From Candidatus Margulisbacteria bacterium GWF2_35_9 (lineage in GTDB: Bacteria > Margulisbacteria > Riflemargulisbacteria > GWF2-35-9): 63,743 nt of DNA. The notes below the pieces were generated by a model that did not search any database, had not been told where the DNA came from, and saw nothing but the letters and a program-made list of their open reading frames with translations. This document shows positions 47,573 through 57,319 of the stretch, piece after piece. Position 1 is the stretch's first letter. Each line of letters begins with the position of its first letter. Position numbers and translations under genes: made by a program. The stretch spans positions 1 through 63,743 of the forward strand of contig MFRH01000001.1 in the NCBI GenBank assembly GCA_001783275.1. Direction: 5' to 3'.

Positions 47573-47582
47573 CGGGGTGGGT
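47543..47582 (+). repeat. Right-end palindromic repeat overlapping the queC 3' end
   Basis: tccccttttgagaggggtggcacgaagtgacggggtgggt; supplies the last queC codons and the TGA stop. Confidence 0.75.
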
Positions 47583-47587
47583 AGTAT

Positions 47588-47980
47588 TTAGGCTTTGTTT
47601 TGAATTGCCAGACGATTGATTGCGATATCTGTTTTCATTTGAGGTATTTCATCTTCTATTTTTCTAACTCGTCTGTTGGTGTCGACAAGGATTGTACTAA
47701 AATCACGAAAATCAGATTGTATGGTTTCAAACTTAATATTGAGTGCACTTATTCCATGAGAATTTGATTTGATATCCGTTTCTGCTTGGTCAAATCGTTT
47801 ATCAATAGATTTAAATTGTCTATCTACGGACACAAATTGCTTGTCAACAGAATCGAAACGTTTATCAACTGAGTCAAAATGTTTATCAACAGAATCGAAA
47901 CGTTTGTCTATGTTTTCAAGTTTAGTCTCGATGAATCCGAACTTTTCTTCAAATAATGAAAATAATTTATTGTTATCCAT
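47588..47980 (-). CDS. Coiled-coil protein with 7-aa (21-nt) tandem repeats
   Basis: IDKRFDS VDKHFDS VDKRFDS VDKQFVS VDRQFKS IDKRFDQ. Confidence 0.8.
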   Translation of the reverse strand: MDNNKLFSLFEEKFGFIETKLENIDKRFDSVDKHFDSVDKRFDSVDKQFVSVDRQFKSIDKRFDQAETDIKSNSHGISALNIKFETIQSDFRDFSTILVDTNRRVRKIEDEIPQMKTDIAINRLAIQNKA

Positions 47981-48182
47981 ATCTTAAGCTCCTTAACAAT
48001 TTTATCACACAGATCTTTTTCTAAACTAATTCTAAAAATAGAATATCATACCTTGATGTAAACGTCAATACAAAAGTAATGATAAAAAATAACGTAAACG
48101 AAAGTATCCCTATACATTTATGGAAAACTTCAAATGTTTAATTTCGCATAATAATGGAAATATTACATATAGGAGAATCTAT

Positions 48183-50645
48183 ATGTATAACAAAGTACTT
48201 GCAAATAAGGATCAAAAATTAATTAGTGGAGAAATCATAAAAAAAGAGATTAACTCTTTTTTTAATATGCTAACTCTGCGCTTAAAAAAACGTGCAGAGG
48301 ATAATCCCGTATTAAAAGATGTATTATCTAAAGTGGACCTGAAATCATTTGAGATAGAATTATTAAATTTGGATTTTGATTTAAAAGATGATTTTAGGCC
48401 TAAAGTGAATCAACTTATACTAAAATTTGAAAAAACAGAGAGCTTAGTACAGCTTTCTGTGTTGTTAGAACTCGCAAAGAAAGAGGTTTTATTAACATCA
48501 GATTCGGCATTTCAAACAAACGGACTTTTAAATAATTTGCTAATACAAGGTTTAAATATTAATGAGAACGTGCCATTGGAATTAGTGTTTGTCCAAAGAA
48601 AAAATATTGATGGTAAATTATCGCCCAATAATCCGGCCGTTGTTGTTGATTTTGCAGTTAGTTACACACGACTAAAAAATATTGTTGCTACTGCTTATCA
48701 GAATAAGAGGGTGGATCAAAAGAACTTAGTTGATTTTTATCATAGACATGTGTTCAAAAAGGGTGTGTCCGAAGAAAAAATTGTTAGTATCTTAGGCGGA
48801 GATACGACATTAACTAAATTAGTATTTAACTCGTTTGAAAAATCAAAAAGAGATAGTGTCTGGGGGAAATTGCTATCGATAACCTCAGAGAAAAACGGCG
48901 ATGAAATCACCATTAATTTTGGTAAAGACAAAGATATTCTGAATGAGTGGTTTATGTCAGCGGATTGTAATCTGAGTGCGGATGAGGCAAAGGCGTTGTT
49001 ACTGATTTTAAAACAGGCTCAGTCCAAAGGTTGGCGACGGTTTTTTATAAATCCAGATTCAAGTGACAACTTAGTGTTTAAGCCACATCACCATCAGGAT
49101 TATATACAAGAGGCGAGTGACTTAGACATTAATCAAAAGATAAGATTAGAATCACTAAGATCAAAATGTGATGTTCCAAGTGCCGATAGAGAAACGGTTG
49201 AAAGAATCATCACTGACTCAATGACAAGCGTTCCAAATAAGCATGCCGGGAAATATGCTGAAGACGCCTTGAAGGATTTAGGATTTATAACCATTCGAGA
49301 GGGTGGTGAAGAATCCTCAATGATGTGGAGAGTTAAAACTTTAATAGAAGATCCGAACGGGTCGGTCAGTCTTGCTGGTAAAAAATATCGAGAGGAATGG
49401 ACTAAATTTGGAGTCGCTGGTGACTATGATAATTTCACGAATCATAACTCTTTGCAGGCTGCTTATTTAGAAGGGGTAGGGCTTGTTCCTTTGCCAGGTG
49501 ATGTAAAAATCGCAATCATCACCACCAGTCTAGAATCATGTACTCGAAACATTTACTATGCGATTCAGAATAAACAGTCAGCGTTGAATAGATCCTTAAC
49601 GATTCCTGAGATTGAAAGTATTTATGATGAAAAAATTGCGGAAACGCTCGCTGATATAAAAAGTCAAATAATTCAATATGAGTGTGAAATAACTGGCTTG
49701 AGCGAAGAAGATGTTTCTATCAATTTTAAATCATGGCTCAAGCATACTAAGCCAGATGAAACACACTTAGAGGTCTCTGGTTCGTATCAGTGTTTATATG
49801 GATCAGATAACACTCCAATCGCAAGAATATTAGGTAAAGCGGATCGCCTAATGAATGGAGAGAAAAATCAAGGACATCGTGGTTTTTATAAATTTGGAAT
49901 GTTTATGGAAGATCGTGGCCAGCAATCAACCGAAAGTGCTTCGATGGAAGTAATCGAACAAAGGAAGTATGTACAGGATAAGCACCGTAAAATGCCAGTT
50001 GATAATGGTCACAAAGATTTAGATACAAAAAAGATGTTAGAAAGAGATTTTTTATCTGGTAGTTATAATATCTCTGCAATTAATCAGTTTATTACTCAAT
50101 TGCCAGAAGGGCAGAATCATATTGTGTTCACGGTTTCGGTATCCAAGTTAATGAAACTATTAAATGAATTATTAGACCATCTCGGTGGTGATTTTAATAT
50201 TAAGCTGGAGGGTAATATTCTAAGAGATATTGCCCAAGCTATGAAAGGTCCCAGTTTTTCAGGAAAGGTCTATGTTGGATATCGCTTTGATCCTATAATG
50301 CTGATTTCTGGTGGTAATGCGGATATAAAAAGAATGAAAATTAAACTACAGAAGTATCTGAAACAGCGATTAATCGCTGAGATATTTGATAGAATGGCTG
50401 GGCTTGATGATTCAAAAGGAATTAAACCTAGCTTTATAAAAACCGCTAAAAAATTTGAATTAGATTCAAAATATATTAAAGCAATTAATGCGTTAGTCGA
50501 AGATAATATTAGTGTTACATTCGCTGAGCAAAGTGATAAGGAAATTAACTACTATTGTTTCAAAGACTTGTGGGGAATAGATGATTCAGGCGCCCAACAG
50601 ATACCCCATAGTGAATTTATTATAAAGAATACTGCAACTCAATAG
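48183..50645 (+). CDS. Large protein with two degenerate GGDEF-like (palm) domains
   Basis: SD aggaga before ATG 48183; DSMTSVPNK, REGGEES, GDYDNFTNHN and KADRLMNGEKNQG; second copy KLLNELLDHLGGD. Confidence 0.65.
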   Translation: MYNKVLANKDQKLISGEIIKKEINSFFNMLTLRLKKRAEDNPVLKDVLSKVDLKSFEIELLNLDFDLKDDFRPKVNQLILKFEKTESLVQLSVLLELAKKEVLLTSDSAFQTNGLLNNLLIQGLNINENVPLELVFVQRKNIDGKLSPNNPAVVVDFAVSYTRLKNIVATAYQNKRVDQKNLVDFYHRHVFKKGVSEEKIVSILGGDTTLTKLVFNSFEKSKRDSVWGKLLSITSEKNGDEITINFGKDKDILNEWFMSADCNLSADEAKALLLILKQAQSKGWRRFFINPDSSDNLVFKPHHHQDYIQEASDLDINQKIRLESLRSKCDVPSADRETVERIITDSMTSVPNKHAGKYAEDALKDLGFITIREGGEESSMMWRVKTLIEDPNGSVSLAGKKYREEWTKFGVAGDYDNFTNHNSLQAAYLEGVGLVPLPGDVKIAIITTSLESCTRNIYYAIQNKQSALNRSLTIPEIESIYDEKIAETLADIKSQIIQYECEITGLSEEDVSINFKSWLKHTKPDETHLEVSGSYQCLYGSDNTPIARILGKADRLMNGEKNQGHRGFYKFGMFMEDRGQQSTESASMEVIEQRKYVQDKHRKMPVDNGHKDLDTKKMLERDFLSGSYNISAINQFITQLPEGQNHIVFTVSVSKLMKLLNELLDHLGGDFNIKLEGNILRDIAQAMKGPSFSGKVYVGYRFDPIMLISGGNADIKRMKIKLQKYLKQRLIAEIFDRMAGLDDSKGIKPSFIKTAKKFELDSKYIKAINALVEDNISVTFAEQSDKEINYYCFKDLWGIDDSGAQQIPHSEFIIKNTATQ

Positions 50646-50714
50646 AATCATATAAGAAATACACCATATATAATAATTGAAATCTCAATTATTTTGTTCG
50701 ATATATTAGTACCT

Positions 50715-51731
50715 ATGAGTTCATACAAAATAATTGGTATTAATCCATTTTCAGCAATCGATCCAAACGATTACTATGAAAGTATGAAAGACCGGTTTAC
50801 CGATTTGCGACGGTCAAGACGTGATTCGTTTAATCTGGGGTTTGTTTTTGAGACATTCATTAAAAGTCAGCCTATTAGAGAAGGAGTCGCAAGTTTAATT
50901 CGATTTGTTGAGAAATCATTCCCAATTATTTTCAGCAAAGAAGTTACCATTCACCCAAGATCGTTCGTTAGAAAGGGGTTGATTACAGCAAAGCAATCAA
51001 GGGAGATATACAGTTTTTTGCTTGGAAATCATTATATCGATCCACACACTGGAAAGCGTTTAAGACAAGATCCTATGCTAGACACTAAAATAGTTAATTG
51101 GATGAATGGTAAAGGCTATCCGATCTGTTTAGTAACGGATACATTGTTTGGTCCATTACTTTCTGCGATCAATCCAGAGGATAATTATAAGTCATATCAA
51201 CATAATAATTATTTTATAATTGAAGACAATAGTCACGAAGATAATGATTATGTTCGTGAATTTCAAAATGCCGTAACATTAGTTCATTATTTTTTGCCAA
51301 CAGCACTTGCCCTGCTTCTAAACGTTCAGGTTAGTGAGTTTGTAAATGACAGTGAATTTAATTATGAAGATAGAATCAAGTATGGATTAGATCAATATGG
51401 CACTATTGTTCCCAATAACAACATGGGTATACCAATCCCTCAAGAAGTTAAAAAGATTTATGATAAGAAAATGCTAATCAACTTACTCTCGAGACCTTGG
51501 CCGGCAGGGAATGAAAACAATCAATTTGTTAGAGAGATGAGAAATAAAGATTTTTTCTTCATACAAGACGTGTTTAAACCTAATGGTAGAAACAGAGCAG
51601 TCAGGAAGTATTTGTTTGAGAAACAGCTTCTGCGGGATTTTAATGATTTAAAATTAAATTCAAATAGCATTTTGTGGATAAATGGCTTAATCAGGGATCT
51701 ATCCGCCTATTATTTTTATCAAGGGCAATAG
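50715..51731 (+). CDS. Hypothetical protein (about 338 aa)
   Basis: Long ORF (track TTG 50694; ATG 50715 more likely); no recognised family. Confidence 0.7.
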   Translation: MSSYKIIGINPFSAIDPNDYYESMKDRFTDLRRSRRDSFNLGFVFETFIKSQPIREGVASLIRFVEKSFPIIFSKEVTIHPRSFVRKGLITAKQSREIYSFLLGNHYIDPHTGKRLRQDPMLDTKIVNWMNGKGYPICLVTDTLFGPLLSAINPEDNYKSYQHNNYFIIEDNSHEDNDYVREFQNAVTLVHYFLPTALALLLNVQVSEFVNDSEFNYEDRIKYGLDQYGTIVPNNNMGIPIPQEVKKIYDKKMLINLLSRPWPAGNENNQFVREMRNKDFFFIQDVFKPNGRNRAVRKYLFEKQLLRDFNDLKLNSNSILWINGLIRDLSAYYFYQGQ

Positions 51732-51785
51732 ATATATATTTTCAAAAAACCTCATAGACAAAAAACGTCTAAAAATCTATACTAT

Positions 51786-53582
51786 ATGACTGTTATGATT
51801 AAGCGAACATTCAAATGTGGGGACATCAGAAAAAGTGACGTTGGCAAAGAAGTTGCCTTAAACGGCTGGGTTAATCGCCGACGTGACCATGGTGGTGTTA
51901 TATTTATCGATTTAAGAGATAGAAGTGGTATGGTCCAAGCGACTATTGACACAAGTAAAACAGCCGAAGCTCATCAGCTTGCCGAAAGTATTCGAAGTGA
52001 ATACGTGGTTGCTGTAAAAGGTGTCGTTATCGAACGCTCAGCGGATACGGTTAATCCATCTATGCCGACAGGCGAAATAGAAGTTCAGTGCAACGAAATT
52101 GAAATTCTGAACACGAGCAAAACACCCGTTTTTAGTGTGGCAGATGATGAAAATGTCGATGAAACGTTAAAGCTTAAATACAGATATTTAGATCTCCGAA
52201 AACCAAAAAATCTAGAGAAATTTATTCTAAGAAATAATATCGTCAAGCGACTCAGGGATTATCTGGATGAAAATGAATTTCTTGAAGTTGAAACACCGAT
52301 TCTAACAAAAAGTACTCCTGAAGGAGCCAGAGATTATCTTGTTCCAAGTCGAGTCAATCCAACACATTTTTTTGCATTACCTCAATCACCGCAGTTATTT
52401 AAGCAAATTCTTATGTCTGCGGGATTTGAGAGATACTATCAAGTAGCTAAATGCTTTCGTGACGAAGATCTTCGAGCGGATCGTCAACCTGAATTCACTC
52501 AAATTGATATTGAAATGTCTTTTGTAACTGAAGACGATATCATATCAATGACTGAAGGAATGATAAAACATGCGTTTGCCGCAATAGGAGAGAATGTTTC
52601 CCTTCCGATCAATAGAATCTCATATGAAGATGCCATTAATCTCTATGGAAGTGATAAGCCAGACCTAAGATATGATTTCAAGATAGTCGATATTACGAAT
52701 CTCTGTAAAGAAGTGGAATTCAAAGTGTTTAGAAGCATTGCGGATAATGGTGGATTAATAAAAGGAATTAATATAAAAAATGGTGCCAGTTTAAGTCGCA
52801 AAAATCTAGATGACTTAGTTGCTTTTTCTCAAAAGAATGGCGCTAAGGGGATGGCTTGGATTACCATTAAACCTGAGTCTGGGTTAGATATTTCTCAGTA
52901 TGAATATCAATCGCCGATTACCAAATTCTTTAAGCCTGAAGAATTAAAGCCGATTATAGAAAGCTTTGATGGGAAACCGGGTGATGTTATTATTTTCATC
53001 GCCGATAATTCGACAGTTGTTCACCGTGTCCTAGGAAGACTTAGATTAGAAGTTGTAAAATTATTAAATGTCGAACCCAAGCAGAAATATTCATTTGTAT
53101 GGGTGACTCAGTTCCCAATGTTTGAAAAGACAGATGGACGTATTAATCCATTACATCACCCATTTACAATGCCAAATATTAAGTCAATTGAAGATTTAGA
53201 CTCAGATCCGCTAAAACTTTCATCCATTGCTTATGATATTGTATTAAATGGTATGGAGCTTGGTGGTGGCAGTATTCGTATACACAATTCAGATATACAA
53301 ATGAAAATATTAAATTTATTAAATATTGATACGGAATCTGCTAATGAGAAGTTTGGTTTCTTGTTAACGGCATTGGAATATGGAACTCCGCCCCATGGTG
53401 GTATTGCATTAGGCTTAGACCGGATGATTATGCTTATGACAGGAGCAGAATCAATCCGAGACGTTATTGCATTTCCAAAAACTCAAAGTGCAGTATGTCC
53501 GTTAACAGATGCACCTGGCACAGTATCAGCCGAACAGCTTCAGGAGTTAAGTATTAGATTAAAGAAACCTACCGGAGAATAG
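51786..53582 (+). CDS. aspS: Aspartyl-tRNA synthetase, probably non-discriminating Asp/Asn
   Basis: GWVNRRRDHGGVIFIDLRD (His typical of non-discriminating enzymes), PEGARDYLVPSR, CFRDEDLRADRQPEF, GAD insertion, PPHGGIALGLDR. Confidence 0.97.
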   Translation: MTVMIKRTFKCGDIRKSDVGKEVALNGWVNRRRDHGGVIFIDLRDRSGMVQATIDTSKTAEAHQLAESIRSEYVVAVKGVVIERSADTVNPSMPTGEIEVQCNEIEILNTSKTPVFSVADDENVDETLKLKYRYLDLRKPKNLEKFILRNNIVKRLRDYLDENEFLEVETPILTKSTPEGARDYLVPSRVNPTHFFALPQSPQLFKQILMSAGFERYYQVAKCFRDEDLRADRQPEFTQIDIEMSFVTEDDIISMTEGMIKHAFAAIGENVSLPINRISYEDAINLYGSDKPDLRYDFKIVDITNLCKEVEFKVFRSIADNGGLIKGINIKNGASLSRKNLDDLVAFSQKNGAKGMAWITIKPESGLDISQYEYQSPITKFFKPEELKPIIESFDGKPGDVIIFIADNSTVVHRVLGRLRLEVVKLLNVEPKQKYSFVWVTQFPMFEKTDGRINPLHHPFTMPNIKSIEDLDSDPLKLSSIAYDIVLNGMELGGGSIRIHNSDIQMKILNLLNIDTESANEKFGFLLTALEYGTPPHGGIALGLDRMIMLMTGAESIRDVIAFPKTQSAVCPLTDAPGTVSAEQLQELSIRLKKPTGE

Positions 53583-53583
53583 T

Positions 53584-55788
53584 ATGGCTAGAATGGCAAA
53601 TGTCATTATTTTGTGGCATATGCATCAACCTTATTATGTGAATCCTGTTAGTGATGTTGCAATTTTGCCTTGGGTAAGACTTCATGCAATAAAAGATTAT
53701 TATGACATGGTGAAGATTTTAGATTTCTTCCCAAATATGCGTGTCAATTTTAACCTAGTTCCGTCCTTATTAGTTCAAATTAAGCAATATGTTAATAAAG
53801 AAATAACGGATACATTTCTTGAATATACAAAGAGAGACTCCCATGTGTTAAGTGAACGGGATAAAACCTTTATTCTTAAAAATTTCTTTTTATCAAAATG
53901 GGATCGATTAATTAAGCCATATCCCAGATATCAGGAATTATATAACAAGCGAGGTACGATGGGCTCTTATGAGGAAATAAAGGAAGCGGTTATCCATTTT
54001 TCCAATCAAGAAATTATGGATTTGCAGGTATGGTTTAATTTAAGCTGGTTCGGAGCCTATTATAAGCAACACGATGAAGGGATCAAGTCGTTAATTGCTA
54101 AAGGACGTGATTTCACAGCAAAAGACAAGGCCTTAGTCATTGAAAAGCAATATGAAATCATGTCTTTAATTATTGATAAGTATAAAGAACTTCAAGATAG
54201 AAACCAGATCGAATGTTCAACGACTCCGTTTTATCATCCGATTTTACCTTTAATATGCAATACAGATGTTGCAAGCGAGTCATCATCTGGCATTCATCTA
54301 CCGGAACAGTTTCAGCATACAGAAGATGCAAGAGGCCAATTGATAATGGCAATCAAGTATTTTGAAGAAGTATTCGGTAAAAAACCAGCTGGAATTTGGC
54401 CCGCTGAAGGAGCTGTATCGGATGAAGCAATACAGGTAATTGCTGAAACGGGTATTTCATGGATCGCATCAGATCAGGACATATTACGAATGACTCTTCA
54501 GAAGCAAAATAAAAAGATGGAGTTAAGTAGTATAAACCAGTTTTATACATATGAAGGGAAAAATAATAAATGTATTGATATTGTATTTAGAGATAAGCAT
54601 ATCAGTGATAAGATTGGGTTTGATTATAAAGATTGGGAAACAGACAGCGCTGTGGATAACCTGTTGGCAACCATGGAGTCAATTGTGGATAACTTAGAAG
54701 AAACGCCAAATATGCCATTAATTCCTATTATTCTTGATGGTGAAAATGCTTGGGAGTACTATCCAAATAATGGTTGGGATTTTTTGTATAAAGTATACGA
54801 ACGATTAAGTTCCCATCGAAATATTATACCCATTACAATCTCTCAGTATTTAAAGCAAAACACTCAAAGTAAGAAAAGAATTACGAGTATTTATCCTGGT
54901 TCTTGGATTAATAATAATTTTAATATCTGGATTGGTCATGAGGAAGATAATTCGGCCTGGGATTTACTTCGGAAGGTTCGAGCCGATCTTGTACAATGGC
55001 AAACCATGAAGGAAATCGGAATTACCATAAGTGAAGAAAAGAGATTGGATTTGGCATGGAAAGAATTATATATTGCAGAAGGATCTGATTGGAACTGGTG
55101 GTATGGAAACGATCATAGTAGTAAGAACGATAAAGAATTTGATGAGTTATATCGACAGCATTTATTAAATATATATGAAATACTAGGCATTGTTGCGCCA
55201 AATGAAGTATTTGTGCCAATCAAAAAAGTATCCCAAACAAAACCTGCAAAAGAGATTTCAAGTATTATTAGTCCGGATATTGATGGCAGGGTTACTGACT
55301 TCTATGAATGGCAAGGAGCCGGTTGTTATGATACGCAGAAAATTACAGATGCCTATTTGGAAAAGAATCTGATCAATAAATTTTTTTATGGATATGATGA
55401 ATCTAATATATATCTACGGGTTGATTTTAATAATTTGCTAGAATATATGAGTGAAGACAAGGACCTTTCATTGATTGTTTATTTCCTTGCCCCAAGTCAA
55501 GGCAAGGTCAGAATTCCTCTTGCAGGGAATTGTTCTGAAACGTTTTTTTACTGGAATAAAGGTAAAAAATACGAATTGAGTGAATCCTCCAGCATTATAA
55601 GCATGTTTCAGCGTATATTAGAGTTGAAAGTTCCGATTGCTGATATTGGTGCGGAAAAGGGTAGTAGCTTTAAATTTATATTGGCTGTTGAAAAACAAAG
55701 CAAAGAAATAGAGCGCTGGCCCATTGGAAATGTTGTTGATTTTGAAATACCGAAAGAGATGGATTTAATTAGTAACTGGATCGTCTAA
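53584..55788 (+). CDS. Glycoside hydrolase family 57 (amylopullulanase/alpha-amylase type)
   Basis: LWHMHQP, PWVRLHAIKDY, TTPFYHPILP, GIWPAEG, ILDGENAWE, AEGSDWNWW. Confidence 0.93.
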   Translation: MARMANVIILWHMHQPYYVNPVSDVAILPWVRLHAIKDYYDMVKILDFFPNMRVNFNLVPSLLVQIKQYVNKEITDTFLEYTKRDSHVLSERDKTFILKNFFLSKWDRLIKPYPRYQELYNKRGTMGSYEEIKEAVIHFSNQEIMDLQVWFNLSWFGAYYKQHDEGIKSLIAKGRDFTAKDKALVIEKQYEIMSLIIDKYKELQDRNQIECSTTPFYHPILPLICNTDVASESSSGIHLPEQFQHTEDARGQLIMAIKYFEEVFGKKPAGIWPAEGAVSDEAIQVIAETGISWIASDQDILRMTLQKQNKKMELSSINQFYTYEGKNNKCIDIVFRDKHISDKIGFDYKDWETDSAVDNLLATMESIVDNLEETPNMPLIPIILDGENAWEYYPNNGWDFLYKVYERLSSHRNIIPITISQYLKQNTQSKKRITSIYPGSWINNNFNIWIGHEEDNSAWDLLRKVRADLVQWQTMKEIGITISEEKRLDLAWKELYIAEGSDWNWWYGNDHSSKNDKEFDELYRQHLLNIYEILGIVAPNEVFVPIKKVSQTKPAKEISSIISPDIDGRVTDFYEWQGAGCYDTQKITDAYLEKNLINKFFYGYDESNIYLRVDFNNLLEYMSEDKDLSLIVYFLAPSQGKVRIPLAGNCSETFFYWNKGKKYELSESSSIISMFQRILELKVPIADIGAEKGSSFKFILAVEKQSKEIERWPIGNVVDFEIPKEMDLISNWIV

Positions 55789-55792
55789 TATT

Positions 55793-55856
55793 CAAAATGG
55801 ACACAAAATGGACAAATATTCCAAAAAATAGATGTAAAATAGACAGTATATAGACA
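55793..55856. repeat. Five 10-bp direct repeats (aaaatRgaca) mostly at 11-bp spacing
   Basis: Units start at 55794, 55805, 55825, 55836 and 55847. Confidence 0.75.
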
Positions 55857-55863
55857 TTTCTGC

Positions 55864-55893
55864 TTGTATACTTCGTCTTCGAAGGTGTATAAT
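55864..55893 (+). promoter_or_regulatory. Putative sigma70 promoter of the galT-glgA operon
   Basis: TTGTAT (55864-55869), 18 nt, TATAAT (55888-55893); SD aggag before ATG 55938. Confidence 0.55.
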
Positions 55894-55937
55894 TATGTTC
55901 GTAAACATGAAATATACGCATTAGGAGATAGTTTTAT

Positions 55938-56987
55938 ATGTCAGAATTAAGAAAAGATCCATTAACAAACAGGTGGGTGATCATCTCTCAGAAAAGAAGT
56001 GCACGTCCATCTGACTTTCGAGTTGATAGTATTCATAAAGAGCATTCCTTCTGTCCGTTTTGCGAAGGTCATGAGGATAAAACCCCTAATGAGATTATGG
56101 CAGTTCGCACTCAGGAAGCAGAGGCGAATAACTCAGGTTGGAGTGTTCGCGTTATTCCAAATAAATTTCCGGTAATGGAAAGTGAGCATGAGTTACAAAG
56201 ATATGGTATCGGAATGTACGATGCGATGTCTGGAACGGGTGCACATGAAGTAATTATCGAACATCCTCAACACAAAATGAATATTGCTGATTTTGAGCCA
56301 GAACAGATACATCGAGTATTTAAGGTGATAAAAGCGCGTATTACGGATTTATATAAAGATGAGCGGTTACGTTCGGCAATTGCTTTTAAAAACTATGGGA
56401 TTGCAGCAGGAGCGTCTATGTCTCATTCCCATTCTCAAATCATTGCTTTGCCTGTGGTTCCTCGAAATTTGAAGGTAGAGCTTGAGGCGGCTATGTCTCA
56501 TTACAAATATAAAGAACGATGTATATTTTGCGATGTAATTAAACAGGAGCTTATTACGAGGGAGCGAATTGTCAGTGAAAATGACCAATATTTGTCGTTT
56601 GCCCCATTTGCTTCTAGGTTCCCTTTCGAATTAACGGTAATTCCAAAGACGCATTCGTATAGTTATATAAAAACGGATGATGCGAGTCTTTATAATTTGG
56701 CTTTAATGTTGAAGGATGTATTGACTCGATTGAAAGTGGCATTAAATGATCCAGCATATAACATTATATTGCATACTGCACCAAATACTACTAAGCGACC
56801 AGGGAATCCATCTTATTGGTCTTCAATTGAATTTGACTATCATTGGTACTTGGAAATAATGCCGAGATTAACAAAAGTAGCAGGATTTGAGTGGGGTACC
56901 GGTTTTTACATAAATCCGACACCTCCAGAGGAAGCTGCTTCCTTTTTAAGAGATTATGATAAGTATATGGTGATGGACCATAAATAA
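55938..56987 (+). CDS. galT: GalT-family hexose-1-phosphate nucleotidyltransferase (GalT / ADP-glucose phosphorylase-like)
   Basis: ELRKDPL...RSARP, CPFCEG, NKFP, GAHEVIIE, GASMSHSHSQ, AGFEWGTG. Confidence 0.88.
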   Translation: MSELRKDPLTNRWVIISQKRSARPSDFRVDSIHKEHSFCPFCEGHEDKTPNEIMAVRTQEAEANNSGWSVRVIPNKFPVMESEHELQRYGIGMYDAMSGTGAHEVIIEHPQHKMNIADFEPEQIHRVFKVIKARITDLYKDERLRSAIAFKNYGIAAGASMSHSHSQIIALPVVPRNLKVELEAAMSHYKYKERCIFCDVIKQELITRERIVSENDQYLSFAPFASRFPFELTVIPKTHSYSYIKTDDASLYNLALMLKDVLTRLKVALNDPAYNIILHTAPNTTKRPGNPSYWSSIEFDYHWYLEIMPRLTKVAGFEWGTGFYINPTPPEEAASFLRDYDKYMVMDHK

Positions 56988-57004
56988 ATAAAAGAGGTGA
57001 TCAT

Positions 57005-57295
57005 ATGGCTACAAAGAAAAAAACACAGACAGAACCAATGAAACACAAGGTTCAATTCAAGTATTATGCACCTGATGCCAAAGAAGTTTATTTGCTGGGT
57101 GATTTTAATAAATGGAATCCCATCAAGAAGCCAATGAAAAAGAATGAAAAAGGAGAATGGCTAACGCGAGCGATTCTTCCTGAAGGTGAACATCAGTACA
57201 AGTATATGGTCGATGGTAAATATGAAAATGATCCCGGAGCAGTCAGGTATGTTGATAATGGTGTGGGAACATTAAATAGCGTCAGAATCGTATAA
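57005..57295 (+). CDS. CBM48 / AMPK-beta-like glycogen-binding protein
   Basis: APDAKEVYLLGDFNKW...LPEGEHQYKYMVDGKY. Confidence 0.9.
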   Translation: MATKKKTQTEPMKHKVQFKYYAPDAKEVYLLGDFNKWNPIKKPMKKNEKGEWLTRAILPEGEHQYKYMVDGKYENDPGAVRYVDNGVGTLNSVRIV

Positions 57296-57319
57296 GAAAT
57301 GATAGGAAAGGAGCACGCA

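Noticed and set aside
49215-50300. Cas10/Cmr2 CRISPR polymerase
   Set aside because: No HD domain, zinc finger or GGDD motif, and no type III cas neighbours; the motifs look more GGDEF-like.
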